Source: Reclinomonas americana ATCC 50394
Lineage: Eukaryota
Assembly: GCA_048213135.1 (NCBI GenBank)
Contig: PS015009.1
Location: 372,001 to 436,000 of the forward strand
Length of the DNA: 64,000 nt
Direction: 5' to 3'
Below the pieces are notes generated by a model. The model ran no database searches. It was given only the letters and a program-made list of their open reading frames with translations, and was not told where the DNA came from. Made by a program: the position numbers and the translations under genes. Of the stretch, positions 18,982 through 29,525 are shown one piece after another (position 1 is the first letter of the stretch; the number at the start of each line of letters is the position of its first letter).

Positions 18982-20439
18982 TTATACGGATTTTATTTCC
19001 GCAACAAGATCTTGTAACACTTTTTTAGCATCTCCGAACAGCATGCTTGTTTTAGGCTGGAAGAAAAGATCGTTTTCTATTCCGGCATAACCGGGCTTCA
19101 TACTGCGTTTGTTTACGATCACATGCTTTGCCAGTTCCACTTCCAGTATGGGCATTCCATAAATGGGAGAAGCGGGATCATTTTTAGCCGCGGGATTCAC
19201 CACGTCATTCGCACCCAGCACCAGCGCCACATCACAGTTTTTGAACTCATCGTTGGCGTGTTCCATTTCCAGCAGTTTCTCATAATTCACGTCGGCCTCG
19301 GCGAGCAGTACGTTCATATGCCCGGGCATACGTCCGGCTACGGGGTGGATAGCGTATTTCACTTCCACTCCTTTTTCATCAAGCAGTTTTTCCAGTTCAT
19401 GGCAAATGTGCTGTGCCTGCGCTACAGCCAGTCCGTACCCCGGTACGATCATTACTTTGTTGGCATAGCTCATGAGCATGGCTGTATCGCTGAGGCTGAT
19501 CTCTTTATAAGCACCCTGTTCTTTTCCGGCAACACCGCCGCCTGCTTTACTGCCACCAAAAGACCCGATCAGCACATTTTTAAGCGACCGGTTCATCGCT
19601 TTACACATGAGTATGGTCAGCAGTGTTCCCGCGGCACCTACAAGGATACCACCGGTCAACATTACTTTATTATCGTACAGGAAGCCGCCGCATGCCGCTG
19701 CCACACCGGTAAAGGAGTTGAGCAGGGAGATCACTACAGGCATATCGGCACCACCGATCGGGAGAACGAAAAATACACCATACAATATGGACAAGCCAAA
19801 GATGATGTAGAAGATGAGTTTTGAATTGGCAGGAGGCCATCCTACCAGGTAAGTAGCCAGTCCGAAAATAATGATGAGCAATGCGATGTTGAAGATATGC
19901 TGACCGTTGAAAGCAAAATCTTTGATCTTACCATTGAGTTTGCCCCAGGCGATGATACTGCCGGCGAAAGAGATGGAACCGATAATGAGACCGAGAACAA
20001 TGATGAGCAGGTGACCATGTGGTGCCCGCATATTAAGCGTTACACCTATATCTCCCATTACATCCTGGAAATTGGCACGCAGCTTCAGCACAGGGGCGAT
20101 ATGATCAAACTCAACAATGGAAATGAGTGCCGCACAGGCGCCGCCCATGCCATTGAACAGGCTCACCATTTCGGGCATGGCTGTCATCTTTACTTTTTTG
20201 GCCGCCATGGTACCCACTACCGCACCAATAAGGAGCCCGCCGAATATCCAGCCGTAGTTGTGCAGTTTAACACCGCCTTCTTCATACAGGAAGATAGTAC
20301 CCAGTATGGCGATGGTCATGCCTGCCGCCGCTACCAGGTTGCCCTTGCGTGCAGCCGCTGGATTGGACAGCATTTTAAGTCCGATGATGAACGTGATGCT
20401 CCCGATGAGGTAACAGATGGTGAGTAAGTTCAGTTCCAT
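18982..20439 (-). CDS. pntB: NAD(P)+ transhydrogenase subunit beta
   Basis: MTAMPEMVSLFNG, IGGADMPVVIS, VPGYGLAVAQAQH, HPVAGRMPGHMNVLLAEA, GANDVVNPAA. Confidence 0.97.
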   Translation of the reverse strand: MELNLLTICYLIGSITFIIGLKMLSNPAAARKGNLVAAAGMTIAILGTIFLYEEGGVKLHNYGWIFGGLLIGAVVGTMAAKKVKMTAMPEMVSLFNGMGGACAALISIVEFDHIAPVLKLRANFQDVMGDIGVTLNMRAPHGHLLIIVLGLIIGSISFAGSIIAWGKLNGKIKDFAFNGQHIFNIALLIIIFGLATYLVGWPPANSKLIFYIIFGLSILYGVFFVLPIGGADMPVVISLLNSFTGVAAACGGFLYDNKVMLTGGILVGAAGTLLTILMCKAMNRSLKNVLIGSFGGSKAGGGVAGKEQGAYKEISLSDTAMLMSYANKVMIVPGYGLAVAQAQHICHELEKLLDEKGVEVKYAIHPVAGRMPGHMNVLLAEADVNYEKLLEMEHANDEFKNCDVALVLGANDVVNPAAKNDPASPIYGMPILEVELAKHVIVNKRSMKPGYAGIENDLFFQPKTSMLFGDAKKVLQDLVAEIKSV

Positions 20440-20506
20440 TGATTAGAAATTCAAAAGTCAAAAATCAAAAGTTAAAACCGTCGTTGCAGTCATTCGTAAT
20501 TCGTAA

Positions 20507-20818
20507 TTATTTCTTCTTCCCCTTAAACATCTCCAGCATCCTGTCCGTCACCACAAATCCGCCGACTACGTTCAGCGTGCCCAGAATTACCGCCAGGAAA
20601 CCCAGCACGAGGGCGAGGTAATTATCGCTTTCGGCTTTTCCCATTACAATGATGGCGCCGATGATCACCACACCATGAATGGCATTGGCGCCACTCATCA
20701 GCGGTGTATGCAGTACACTCGGCACACGGCCAATCACTTCAATACCGACAAATATCATCAGGATGACGATGTAGATGGTTTGCTGGTTCTCTGATATCCA
20801 GTTGAGTATATTTTCCAT
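20507..20818 (-). CDS. pntA: NAD(P)+ transhydrogenase subunit alpha, part 2 (membrane domain)
   Basis: VPSVLHTPLMSGANAIHG, NVVGGFVVTDRMLEMF. Confidence 0.95.
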   Translation of the reverse strand: MENILNWISENQQTIYIVILMIFVGIEVIGRVPSVLHTPLMSGANAIHGVVIIGAIIVMGKAESDNYLALVLGFLAVILGTLNVVGGFVVTDRMLEMFKGKKK

Positions 20819-20854
20819 GTTACTGCGTTGTGTCGTTGCTTGTATAAATAAATA

Positions 20855-21979
20855 TTACCCGTTCAGCAGGGCGTTTATCCTATCATTGGTAACCTGTCCG
20901 CCATGGGCGATGCAGGTACCTTTTACCAGGTCGTCTTCAAAATTCAGGTTGAATTTTCCTTCCTTATCAAACATCAGCTGTAAAAAATTCAGCACGTTCT
21001 TTCCGTATAATTTGCTGGCATCGCTCGGCATGGAGGAAGGAAGCGCGGAATTACCCACAATGCTAACGCCTTTATGCCTTACCGTTTGATCGTTTTGTGT
21101 GAGGGAAGTATTACCACCTGTTGCCGCGGCCAGGTCAATAATGACGGAGCCGTTTCTCATATTATCCATCATTTCGGTGGTGATGAGTACCGGTGCTTTT
21201 TTGCCCGGTATCTGCGCCGTGGTGATCACGATATCCGCTTTGGCAACACTTTCTGCGATCTTCGCTTTCTGGCGTTGCATAAATTCTTCTGTTTGCTCTA
21301 CTGCGTAACCCCCGGCCTTGCTGGCATCGGCGGCGCCTTCCACTTCCACAAATTTGGCACCCAGGCTCATTACTTCCTCTTTCACAGCCGGACGAGTATC
21401 GAATACTTCCACCACAGCACCCAGGCGTTTGCCCGTGGCAATGGCCTGCAGACCTGCAACACCGGCGCCCAGTATCAGCATTTTCGCGGGAGGTATACTT
21501 CCTGCCGCGGTCATGAACATGGGAAAATATTTCGGGAAAAGATTAGCTGCAAGGAGCACTGCTTTGTACCCGGCGATATTGGCCTGGCTGCTGAGCACAT
21601 CCATACTCTGCGCCCGCGTGGTGCGTGGCAGCATATCCATGCTGAAGATCGTGAGCCCGCCACCTGCCCAGTCGCGTACCTGTGCGGGCTGGAACAAAGG
21701 CTGGTAAACACCCAGCAGTATTTTTGACCCGGCATTCGATAATTCACCTGCTCCGGGCGCATGAATGGAAAGCAATATGTCTGCTTTCTGTATCACGTCT
21801 GCCCTGCTGGTCGTACTGGCGCCTGCCGCGGTATACTGATCATCGAATGCAAAAGCTGTTGCCCCGGCCCCGCTTTCTATCACAACGTCGAGGTTCCATT
21901 TTTTGAGGATGCTGATGTGTTCGGGTAATACAGATACCCTTGTTTCAGGATGTGGTTCTTTTAAAACGCCGATAGTCAT
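20855..21979 (-). CDS. pntA: NAD(P)+ transhydrogenase subunit alpha, part 1 (NAD-binding)
   Basis: RTTRAQSMDVLSSQANIAGYKAV, GAGVAGLQAIAT, TTAQIPGKKAP. Confidence 0.95.
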   Translation of the reverse strand: MTIGVLKEPHPETRVSVLPEHISILKKWNLDVVIESGAGATAFAFDDQYTAAGASTTSRADVIQKADILLSIHAPGAGELSNAGSKILLGVYQPLFQPAQVRDWAGGGLTIFSMDMLPRTTRAQSMDVLSSQANIAGYKAVLLAANLFPKYFPMFMTAAGSIPPAKMLILGAGVAGLQAIATGKRLGAVVEVFDTRPAVKEEVMSLGAKFVEVEGAADASKAGGYAVEQTEEFMQRQKAKIAESVAKADIVITTAQIPGKKAPVLITTEMMDNMRNGSVIIDLAAATGGNTSLTQNDQTVRHKGVSIVGNSALPSSMPSDASKLYGKNVLNFLQLMFDKEGKFNLNFEDDLVKGTCIAHGGQVTNDRINALLNG

Positions 21980-22004
21980 AATTGGGATTGATAGGGACTA
22001 AGAT

Positions 22005-22114
22005 AATTACTAATTACCAATTACGAATTACTAATTGCAAATAATACGGGTAGCTATCGGCGACTGCGGACATGCCAATACAACAAAAATATATGTAACT
22101 GGTAATTAGTAATT
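22005..22114. repeat. Inverted pair of heptamer arrays (AATTACN)5 ... (AATTNGT)n
   Basis: 22005-22039 and 22094-22114. The right arm overlaps the stop codon of the methyltransferase gene. Confidence 0.8.
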
Positions 22115-22903
22115 AATTACAAAGTGTTGCCGTTCTTTAAAGTCGGGGCTGATCAAAATAATGCCGATAAAGAAAAGGTCAATAGACAGGGTTACGGAAG
22201 GATGTTGTTTGATCCTATGCCAGGCTTCTTCCATTTCCGCGCTCCAGTGGATATCGTCGAAGATGATCATGCCCTGTTGGGAGAGTTTGGGTAATATCTT
22301 TTCAAAATAATCCAGCGTAGGAACTTTGCGGTGGTTGCCGTCTATAAAAGCAAGATCGACATGGTCACAACGGGATAACAAAACAGGAAGCGTATCATCG
22401 AAATTACCTGTTACCGTTTCGATATTGGCTACATCCAATTTTTGAAAAGTGTCCCGGGCAATGACAGCGATATTTTCTGAACCTTCACAGGTATATACTT
22501 TTGCCGCAGGATTGGCTGCTGCCATATAAGCCGTACTGGTACCGAATGAAGTACCCAATTCCAGTATCATGCCCGGCTGGTATTGTTGTACGATGCGGTA
22601 CAGCAGCTGGGCGTATTTGCGGGGCTTAAGCGAAGAGGCCGCGATGGCGCTTACTTTTCGTTGTCTTGTTTTGATGAGCGCCGATCCCGCGCCAAAGTCT
22701 TCCACCTCTATCATATGGTGATCACGCAGCAACTCATTTCTTCTTTGTTCCGCTTTTTTATAGAATGGATATTCTTTTTTATCGTTCAGCACCTGCTCAA
22801 TAAAATGATACACGAAGGGAGAATGAACGCCATGCCCCTTGCCATTGGAAGCGGTAATGCGGTAACGCAGGTATTTTTTTATGAGCTGAAAGGTGCTGTA
22901 CAT
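22106..22903 (-). CDS. Class I SAM-dependent methyltransferase
   Basis: HGVHSPFVY, LELGTSFG, AFIDGNH, IIFDDIHWS. Confidence 0.85.
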   Translation of the reverse strand: MYSTFQLIKKYLRYRITASNGKGHGVHSPFVYHFIEQVLNDKKEYPFYKKAEQRRNELLRDHHMIEVEDFGAGSALIKTRQRKVSAIAASSLKPRKYAQLLYRIVQQYQPGMILELGTSFGTSTAYMAAANPAAKVYTCEGSENIAVIARDTFQKLDVANIETVTGNFDDTLPVLLSRCDHVDLAFIDGNHRKVPTLDYFEKILPKLSQQGMIIFDDIHWSAEMEEAWHRIKQHPSVTLSIDLFFIGIILISPDFKERQHFVINY

Positions 22904-22951
22904 TATTCCAGGTGAAGCAGGGATTCTTAATTCGTAATTGGTAATTCGTAA

Positions 22952-23446
22952 TTATCGCCTTGTCCATGTCTGAAAAGAATAATCAAAATCGTGCTGCGCA
23001 TCTTTTGTAAAATCTTCGATGGCCGACATCTCCCATTTTGCTGTATCCACATCAGGAAAATAAGCGTCGCCGTCTATTTGTGTGTGTACGCGGGTGAGGT
23101 AAATTTTATTGGCTACGGTATCAATCGCCTGTTTGTAAATTTCCGCGCCGCCAATGATGAATATTTCTTTCGTGTTGTTCTCCTTCGCTTTCAGCAGGGC
23201 TTCTTCCAGGCTGTTCACCACCACGGCATCATCAGCTTTCCAGTCGGCCTGACGGGTGATCACCACGTTGAAGCGGCCGGGCAACGCCTTTCCCAGCGAC
23301 TCATAGGTTTTCCTGCCCATTACCACGGGCATACCCCAGGTGGTGTTTTTGAAAAATTTAAAATCATTCGGCAGCTTCCACAGCAACTGGTTGTTTTTAC
23401 CGATCGCGTTGTTCTCCGCCGCGGCTACTATAAGGGAAATGGTCAT
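22952..23446 (-). CDS. folA: Dihydrofolate reductase
   Basis: IVAAAENNAIG..LLWKLPND, VMGRKTYES, IIGGAEIY, GDAYFP. Confidence 0.97.
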   Translation of the reverse strand: MTISLIVAAAENNAIGKNNQLLWKLPNDFKFFKNTTWGMPVVMGRKTYESLGKALPGRFNVVITRQADWKADDAVVVNSLEEALLKAKENNTKEIFIIGGAEIYKQAIDTVANKIYLTRVHTQIDGDAYFPDVDTAKWEMSAIEDFTKDAQHDFDYSFQTWTRR

Positions 23447-23510
23447 GGGCGATGATTGAGGGACAAAGATACGGGATGCCGCATCGTCATTCGCAATTGA
23501 CCATTCGTAA

Positions 23511-25121
23511 TTAATTCTTCAGTATGGTAAATTCCACCCTCCTGTTCAGTTGCCTGTTCTCATCGGTATCATTGGGCGCTACGGGTTTGGTCTCTCCATA
23601 GCCCTGAGAACGGATGCGGCTGGCGGCAATACCTTTTGAAAGAATGTATTCCATTACTGATCGTGCCCGGTTATCGCTGAGCGTGAAGTTGTAACTGTCA
23701 GAGCCCCGGCTGTCGGTATGAGCGCTCATCTCTATTTCCACGTTGGGGTATTCTTTCAGGAAACTCACTACACGATCGAGTTCCACATAAGATTCTGGAC
23801 GAAGATTGTATTTGTCGAAATCGAAGAACACATTATTGAGGCGGAATACCTGCCCTATCTCTATCGGCACCAGGAAAAGATCTTTGTGAATTTCTTTATA
23901 CCCCGATTTCACCAGCGAATCGAGGTTGAGGTTCTCGGAAATGGCGAAGAATTTATCCGCCGCGGCTCGTATGCTGTAGTTCTTATCATAGGGCAGCACG
24001 ATTTTGAAAGAGCCGTCTACAGGACTGGAAACACCACGCCCCGCTTCGGTCCCATCTGGCAGTATTTCATACAGCAGTGATGCTGACAAAGGTTCTTTGG
24101 TTTTGGCATTGTATACATTGCCACTTACCAGCACCACCGGGTCGGGCATTTCTTTTTCCAAAAGTTTGATCCTTACAATATCGCTGGCGCCATACGCCCC
24201 GTCGCTTGAAGTGAGGTAGGCATATTCGCCGCCAGCGTCGAGCGTAAAAAATGCTTCGGAACCGGCGGTATTGATGGGACTGCCCAGGTTCACGGGTTCG
24301 CTCCATTTCTGCCATGTATTATCGAGACGTTTAGTCATCCAGATATCATTTTCCCCCAATCCGCCAGGCCTGTCGCTGCTGAAATACAGTGTTACACCAT
24401 CAGCGGCAATGAAGGGGCTCATTTCGTTATAATCGGGCAGGTTAATCTTTTTACCCAGGCTTTTCGGTGCTGTCCAGATATCGCCGCCTTCAAGAAAGGA
24501 CACATAGATATCGTTATCAAAACTTCCTTTCTTATCGGTCATATAAAACAACAGCGTTTTGCCATCGTGTCCCATGGAAGCGCCCAATTGTGGCGTAGTT
24601 GCGAATTTTTCAAAATTGCGGATACGCAGCATCTGCGCTTTTGTCCAGCTGTTGTCGCGCCGGCGGTGGATCATACTTACACCGGTGCCCAGGTACTGAC
24701 CTTCTGTAAAGGCTCCTTTCAGCAGTATGGTATTCAGGTCGGGCGATATCCAGTATACAGCATTGTAATGCGAAGCGTTTACAGAGCCATTCAGGTGGCG
24801 GGCTTTGCCCCATTTTCCGGTGCTGCTGTCGCGTAAGGCATACCAGATGTCCTGCGCATTGGGAACCGTGGCGGCCTGTACATTGGAAGGGTGTCCCTGG
24901 CGGATAAAGAAAAGCAGGTTGCCATCCGCGGAAATGGTTGGCCGCATTTCCGGGTATTCGGAATTGATGCCTTCTCCCAGGTTCTCCACCTGTATGATGG
25001 TGGACGACTTGATCACGTTGTCTTTTTGCTCAATGAGTTTACCTGTAGTATCGGGTGACGGTTGCGCCGCGGCAGCGAAAAATGTGGCGAAAAAGAGGAG
25101 AGATAAGCAGCTTTTCTTCAT
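23511..25121 (-). CDS. OmpA family protein with PD40 beta-propeller repeats (PorE-like architecture)
   Basis: NLGEGINS..PTISADG..LFF and SPFIAADGVTLYFSSDRPGG repeats. OmpA_C AHTDSRGS..NRRVEF. Confidence 0.88.
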   Translation of the reverse strand: MKKSCLSLLFFATFFAAAAQPSPDTTGKLIEQKDNVIKSSTIIQVENLGEGINSEYPEMRPTISADGNLLFFIRQGHPSNVQAATVPNAQDIWYALRDSSTGKWGKARHLNGSVNASHYNAVYWISPDLNTILLKGAFTEGQYLGTGVSMIHRRRDNSWTKAQMLRIRNFEKFATTPQLGASMGHDGKTLLFYMTDKKGSFDNDIYVSFLEGGDIWTAPKSLGKKINLPDYNEMSPFIAADGVTLYFSSDRPGGLGENDIWMTKRLDNTWQKWSEPVNLGSPINTAGSEAFFTLDAGGEYAYLTSSDGAYGASDIVRIKLLEKEMPDPVVLVSGNVYNAKTKEPLSASLLYEILPDGTEAGRGVSSPVDGSFKIVLPYDKNYSIRAAADKFFAISENLNLDSLVKSGYKEIHKDLFLVPIEIGQVFRLNNVFFDFDKYNLRPESYVELDRVVSFLKEYPNVEIEMSAHTDSRGSDSYNFTLSDNRARSVMEYILSKGIAASRIRSQGYGETKPVAPNDTDENRQLNRRVEFTILKN

Positions 25122-25181
25122 AACGAGGAATTGGATGTTAATAGAACGCTGAAAAGCTGGAAATAATATGCGGAAGCTATC

Positions 25182-25303
25182 AATTACGAATTACTAATCA
25201 TATATTTCCCCGAACGGCTATTAATGAGTAGTAACCCGTATTATTATTCATTCGGGAAATACAGAATACAGCAACAACCCGAACACATTCGTAATTCGTA
25301 ATT
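25182..25303. repeat. Nested inverted repeats: heptamer arms around an inner TATTTCCCCGAA / TTCGGGAAATA pair
   Basis: Heptamer arms at 25182-25201 and 25286-25303. Inner inverted repeat at 25203-25214 and 25251-25261. Confidence 0.7.
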
Positions 25304-26114
25304 AAACAGCGACTGGCGCTTTTATCCCCGCATGACTCTGGTAATTCACCAGGGCAAAATCTTCGTACCGGAAGCTGAAGATGTCTTTTACTTCGGGGTT
25401 GATCACCATTTGTGGTAATGGGAAGGGTGTGCGGGTGAGCTGCAGTTCTGCCTGTTCAAAATGATTGCTGTACAAATGAGCATCACCGAATGAATGGATG
25501 AATTCACCGGGTTCCATATCGCATACCTGTGCGATCATGAGTGTGAGCAGGGCATAGGAAGCAATGTTGAAGGGAACGCCTAAGAATACATCGGCACTGC
25601 GCTGGTACAACTGGCACGACAATTTTCGTTTGCCGTTCTCCCCTGCGGGTGATGTATAGAATTGAAAGAGACAATGGCAGGGCATCAGTTTCATCCGTGG
25701 CAGGTCAGCCACATTCCAGGCGCTGATGATCAGCCTGCGGCTGTCGGGGTTGTTTTTTAATTGTTGAATCAGATCTTTTACCTGGTCCACTTCCACGCCG
25801 CCGGCGCCTTCCCAGCTTCGCCATTGTTTGCCGTAAACAGGTCCCAGGTCACCATTTTCATCGGCCCATTCATCCCATATGCTCACTTTATTTTCTTTAA
25901 GCCAGCCGATATTGGTATCGCCTTTCAAAAACCATAGCAATTCATAAATGATACTTTTCAGGTGCGTTTTTTTAGTGGTCACCAGCGGGAAACCGTCCTG
26001 GAGGTTGAAACGCATCTGGTAGCCAAAAACACTGCGGGTGCCGGTCCCTGTACGGTCATTTTTATCGGCCCCGGTATCGATGATATGCTTCAGCAGGTGA
26101 AGGTACTGTTCCAT
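25302..26114 (-). CDS. thyA: Thymidylate synthase
   Basis: [46 protein letters not shown]. Confidence 0.98.
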   Translation of the reverse strand: MEQYLHLLKHIIDTGADKNDRTGTGTRSVFGYQMRFNLQDGFPLVTTKKTHLKSIIYELLWFLKGDTNIGWLKENKVSIWDEWADENGDLGPVYGKQWRSWEGAGGVEVDQVKDLIQQLKNNPDSRRLIISAWNVADLPRMKLMPCHCLFQFYTSPAGENGKRKLSCQLYQRSADVFLGVPFNIASYALLTLMIAQVCDMEPGEFIHSFGDAHLYSNHFEQAELQLTRTPFPLPQMVINPEVKDIFSFRYEDFALVNYQSHAGIKAPVAV

Positions 26115-26128
26115 GATGCGAAGTTAGT

Positions 26129-26193
26129 AATTACTAATTACTAATTACGAATGCCCCGGAGGCTGAACTCTTAGTAATTGGTAATTAGTAATT
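26129..26193. repeat. Inverted pair of heptamer arrays in the thyA/mnmA divergent promoter region
   Basis: AATTACT AATTACT AATTACG ... AATTGGT AATTAGT AATT. Confidence 0.8.
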
Positions 26194-26275
26194 AACGTTT
26201 CAACCTTAACCAGCCGGGTTTCATAACCATACTTTTCCATTCGTATGGTGTATCTTTGCATCGAATTATTTCGAT

Positions 26276-27388
26276 ATGAGTAAAAAAGGTAAAGTATTAA
26301 TGGCCATGAGCGGCGGTATCGACAGTACCGTGGCTGCCCTCATGCTCCATAAAGAGGGGTATGAAGTGGTGGGCATTACCATGAAGACCTGGGATTATGC
26401 GGCGAGTGTTGGCACCACGGGTAAAAAAGAGACCGGCTGCTGCAACCTCGACAGTTTCAACGATGCCCGCCAGGCGGCTGTGCAGCACGGCTTTCCTCAT
26501 TTTATACTGGACATACGTGACGAATTCGGCGATTTTGTGATCGATAATTTTATTGAGGAATATATTGCCGGCCGTACGCCCAACCCCTGCGTGATGTGCA
26601 ATACCCACATCAAATGGCGGGCACTGCTGAAAAGGGCCGATGCCCTGGGTTGCGACTTCATTGCGACCGGTCACTATGCACAGGTGCTGCAACACAGCAA
26701 CGGCAGGTACTTCATCCGCAAAGGACTGGACGAGAACAAAGACCAGAGCTATGCGCTGTGGGGACTGCAGCAGGACCTGCTGAGCCGTACATTGCTGCCA
26801 CTGGGTACTTATCATAAAACACAGATACGCCAGATGGCGCATGATTTCGGTTATCCTGAACTGGCCAAAAAGAACGAAAGTTATGAGATCTGTTTTGTGC
26901 CTGACAATGACTACCGCGGTTTCCTGAAACGCAAGGTGGAAGGACTGGAAGAGAAAGTGAACGGAGGCAATTTCGTGGACCGGGAAGGCAATATACTCGG
27001 TAAGCACAAAGGTTATCCTTTTTATACAGTTGGACAACGCAAGGGGCTGGATATAGCCCTGGGCAAACCCGCATTTGTGACCGAAATACAGCCGGAAACC
27101 AACACCGTGGTGCTGGGTGACGAAAATGACCTGAACCGCCGGGAAATGAAAGTAACCGGGCTGAACTGGATGAAATACAACGGGGTAACCGATGGCATGG
27201 AAGCCGTTACCAAGATCAGGTACAAGGATAAAGGCGCCCTTTCCAACCTGTACACATACGAAAACGGCATTAACGTACGTTTTTATGGCGATGTAAAAGG
27301 TATTGCCCCGGGGCAAAGTGCTGTTTTTTATGAAGGCGACGACGTGATCGGCGGTGGTATCATACAAAGAAGCGAGCCCCTGTTTTAA
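26276..27388 (+). CDS. mnmA: tRNA-specific 2-thiouridylase
   Basis: AMSGGIDS, GRTPNPCVMCN, ATGHYA, KDQSY, GQRKGL, APGQSAVFY. TATCTTTG -7 element at 26251-26258. Confidence 0.97.
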   Translation: MSKKGKVLMAMSGGIDSTVAALMLHKEGYEVVGITMKTWDYAASVGTTGKKETGCCNLDSFNDARQAAVQHGFPHFILDIRDEFGDFVIDNFIEEYIAGRTPNPCVMCNTHIKWRALLKRADALGCDFIATGHYAQVLQHSNGRYFIRKGLDENKDQSYALWGLQQDLLSRTLLPLGTYHKTQIRQMAHDFGYPELAKKNESYEICFVPDNDYRGFLKRKVEGLEEKVNGGNFVDREGNILGKHKGYPFYTVGQRKGLDIALGKPAFVTEIQPETNTVVLGDENDLNRREMKVTGLNWMKYNGVTDGMEAVTKIRYKDKGALSNLYTYENGINVRFYGDVKGIAPGQSAVFYEGDDVIGGGIIQRSEPLF

Positions 27389-27464
27389 CCGGGAAAAGTA
27401 CATTTAACCGGTTATGGGGCAGCAGATAAGGCTTTTTTTGCATCTATATCGTAACTTGTGTTTT

Positions 27465-28211
27465 ATGAGAAAACAATTATTGCTGGTAATGATCACTGCA
27501 ACTGTCGTGCTGTTCTCCTGTACTAAAGACAATGAAGAACTCCAGACAACCCCTGTAAGCGAATATTACCCGCTGGAAGTAGGCAAATACATTACCTACC
27601 AGCTCGATTCCCTGCGTTATATCAACTTCGGCACCAAAGATACTACCATTACCTACCAGGTAAAACTGGTGGTGGATGGACAAACGACCGACGCACTGGG
27701 CAGGCCGGCTTACCGCATCATCCGTTATATCCGGAAAAATCCGGCGCAACCCTGGAACCCTGATAATACTTTTATGGCAGTACCTACCGATTTCGCCGTT
27801 GAGTTCATCGAAAACAACCTGCGATACCTGAAACTGAAAGCACCGGTACGCAATGGTTTTTCCTGGAAAGGCAACAGTTATATAGACGCCTATTCACTTA
27901 ACTCTGACCTGAAATACCTGGCCGACTGGGATTATACTTACGACAGCGTGGATGCAAAAATTACTGTAGGAGCCCTTAGCCTTGACAGTACCTTAAAAGT
28001 AGCACAGCGGGATGAAGTGATCGGCGCGCCGGGTGTACCTACCGCTTACAGCGAGATCAACGTAGGTGTTGAAAAATATGCCAAACACATTGGCTTAGTA
28101 TACCGCAGGTTCCTGCACCAGGAATACCAGCCCCCCACGACTCCTGGGGGCAGCGGCAAATACTCCGACTTCAGTTATGGGGTTACGATGACGATGATAG
28201 ATCATAATTAA
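27465..28211 (+). CDS. Hypothetical lipoprotein
   Basis: Lipobox LFSC, YYPLEVGKYITY, EKYAKHIGLVYR. Beta-rich. Confidence 0.8.
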   Translation: MRKQLLLVMITATVVLFSCTKDNEELQTTPVSEYYPLEVGKYITYQLDSLRYINFGTKDTTITYQVKLVVDGQTTDALGRPAYRIIRYIRKNPAQPWNPDNTFMAVPTDFAVEFIENNLRYLKLKAPVRNGFSWKGNSYIDAYSLNSDLKYLADWDYTYDSVDAKITVGALSLDSTLKVAQRDEVIGAPGVPTAYSEINVGVEKYAKHIGLVYRRFLHQEYQPPTTPGGSGKYSDFSYGVTMTMIDHN

Positions 28212-28230
28212 TTTAAATCATCAAATAGCA

Positions 28231-28265
28231 ATAAAAAGCCTTCATAATTGATGAAGGCTTTTTAT
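28231..28265. terminator. Bidirectional terminator
   Basis: ATAAAAAGCCTTCAT-AATTG-ATGAAGGCTTTTTAT perfect inverted repeat between convergent genes. Confidence 0.85.
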
Positions 28266-28316
28266 ATAAACAGAAGTTTTGAAAATATTCTATAATCAAT
28301 CTTACATATTCAATCC

Positions 28317-28811
28317 TCACTTCGCCGTCCTGCTGAACTCAATAAAATCCGTTGAAGGAATATTATTCACTCCCACCTGGTGAAGCAGAGTTACCAATTG
28401 TCCGCGATGGTACGTACCATGATTGAAGATGTGCAGCAACACCTGGTACAACGGTTGTTTGAATTGCTCTTTCTTCAGGTTCCGGTAAGCAAACACATGC
28501 TCCAGTTGCGGCAATCTTGATTCATCGATCCATGCCCGCCACTGAGCAGACTGGGCATTGATGCCGGTCACCAGCTCCGCGAAATTTCCTTTAAAATTTT
28601 CGGAAGGACGGACAATATGCTCCGCCAGGCGGAAACGCTGCCACCAGATGGCTTCCGCGTCCCACATGTGCAGTATAGTACGGAACAGCGAAGGAAAACT
28701 ACTCGCCACATGCTGGTTCACCTGGTCTTCGCTGAGTTGTGCGATACAGTTGAACAAACGATTATTGGCCCAGATATTATAAGCGGCCAGCTGTTGTAAT
28801 TGCTCCTTCAT
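28317..28811 (-). CDS. DinB family protein
   Basis: YNIWANNRL, TILHMWDAE, HIFNHGTYHRGQ. Confidence 0.9.
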   Translation of the reverse strand: MKEQLQQLAAYNIWANNRLFNCIAQLSEDQVNQHVASSFPSLFRTILHMWDAEAIWWQRFRLAEHIVRPSENFKGNFAELVTGINAQSAQWRAWIDESRLPQLEHVFAYRNLKKEQFKQPLYQVLLHIFNHGTYHRGQLVTLLHQVGVNNIPSTDFIEFSRTAK

Positions 28812-28969
28812 GGTTCCTCTTTTTTAAGTCAATGTAAAATTAGAGGATTGTCAGCAATGGACAAGAGGGTGCGGGATGTGGGATATAGATACAGGGCATG
28901 TGATACGGAATAGTACACCCCGAAAGTCATCCGCAATTCGTAATTTGTCATTCGTAATTCTAATTGATC

Positions 28970-29440
28970 ATGATCACAATAAGAAAAGCCATAAAAGAAG
29001 ACTGCCCGCGTATGATGGAACTCATCCATGAGCTGGCGGTATATGAAAAAGAACCCGATGCCGTAACCGTAACTTTCGACCACTTTGTTGATAGCGGTTT
29101 TGGCCCCAACCCCGTGTGGCAGGCCTGGGTAGCCGAACGCACTGACCCCGCGGGAACAGAAGCCTCCCGCGTGGAAGGATTCGCCCTTTGTTATATCCGG
29201 TACAGTACCTGGAAAGGACAACGGTTATACCTGGAAGACTTCCTGGTTTCGGAAGCTTGCCGCGGACAAGGCATTGGCAAATTATTGTTTGACCGGCTGA
29301 TAGAAGAATGCAAAGAGAAGCAATACAGCGGCATGGTATGGCAGGTCCTCGACTGGAATGAACCGGCGATCAATTTTTACAGAAAGTATGAAGATGTTCA
29401 GATCGATAAGGGGTGGCTGAATTGCTATATTAACTTCTGA
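28970..29440 (+). CDS. GNAT family N-acetyltransferase (SSAT-like)
   Basis: ELAVYEK, YSTWKG..LYLEDF, RGQGIGK, VLDWNEPAINFY. Confidence 0.9.
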   Translation: MITIRKAIKEDCPRMMELIHELAVYEKEPDAVTVTFDHFVDSGFGPNPVWQAWVAERTDPAGTEASRVEGFALCYIRYSTWKGQRLYLEDFLVSEACRGQGIGKLLFDRLIEECKEKQYSGMVWQVLDWNEPAINFYRKYEDVQIDKGWLNCYINF

Positions 29441-29525
29441 CAGAAAGGTTTGACAACTTAGCTTTTTTTACTATTTTACTTCTGATAGCCGGCCGGTACA
29501 TCATTATTCACTTTAATCGCCTGGA

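Noticed and set aside
20507-21979. Split pntA as a possible pseudogene
   Set aside because: The two-part alpha subunit is a normal three-gene transhydrogenase arrangement, and both parts have proper starts, stops and intact motifs.
26297-27403. 368-aa antisense ORF over mnmA (similar long antisense ORFs at 32812-34086, 42054-43187, 50100-51185, 3200-4168, 12847-13776)
   Set aside because: Each mirrors a well-conserved sense gene and has no recognisable motif. This is the expected shadow of biased codon usage.
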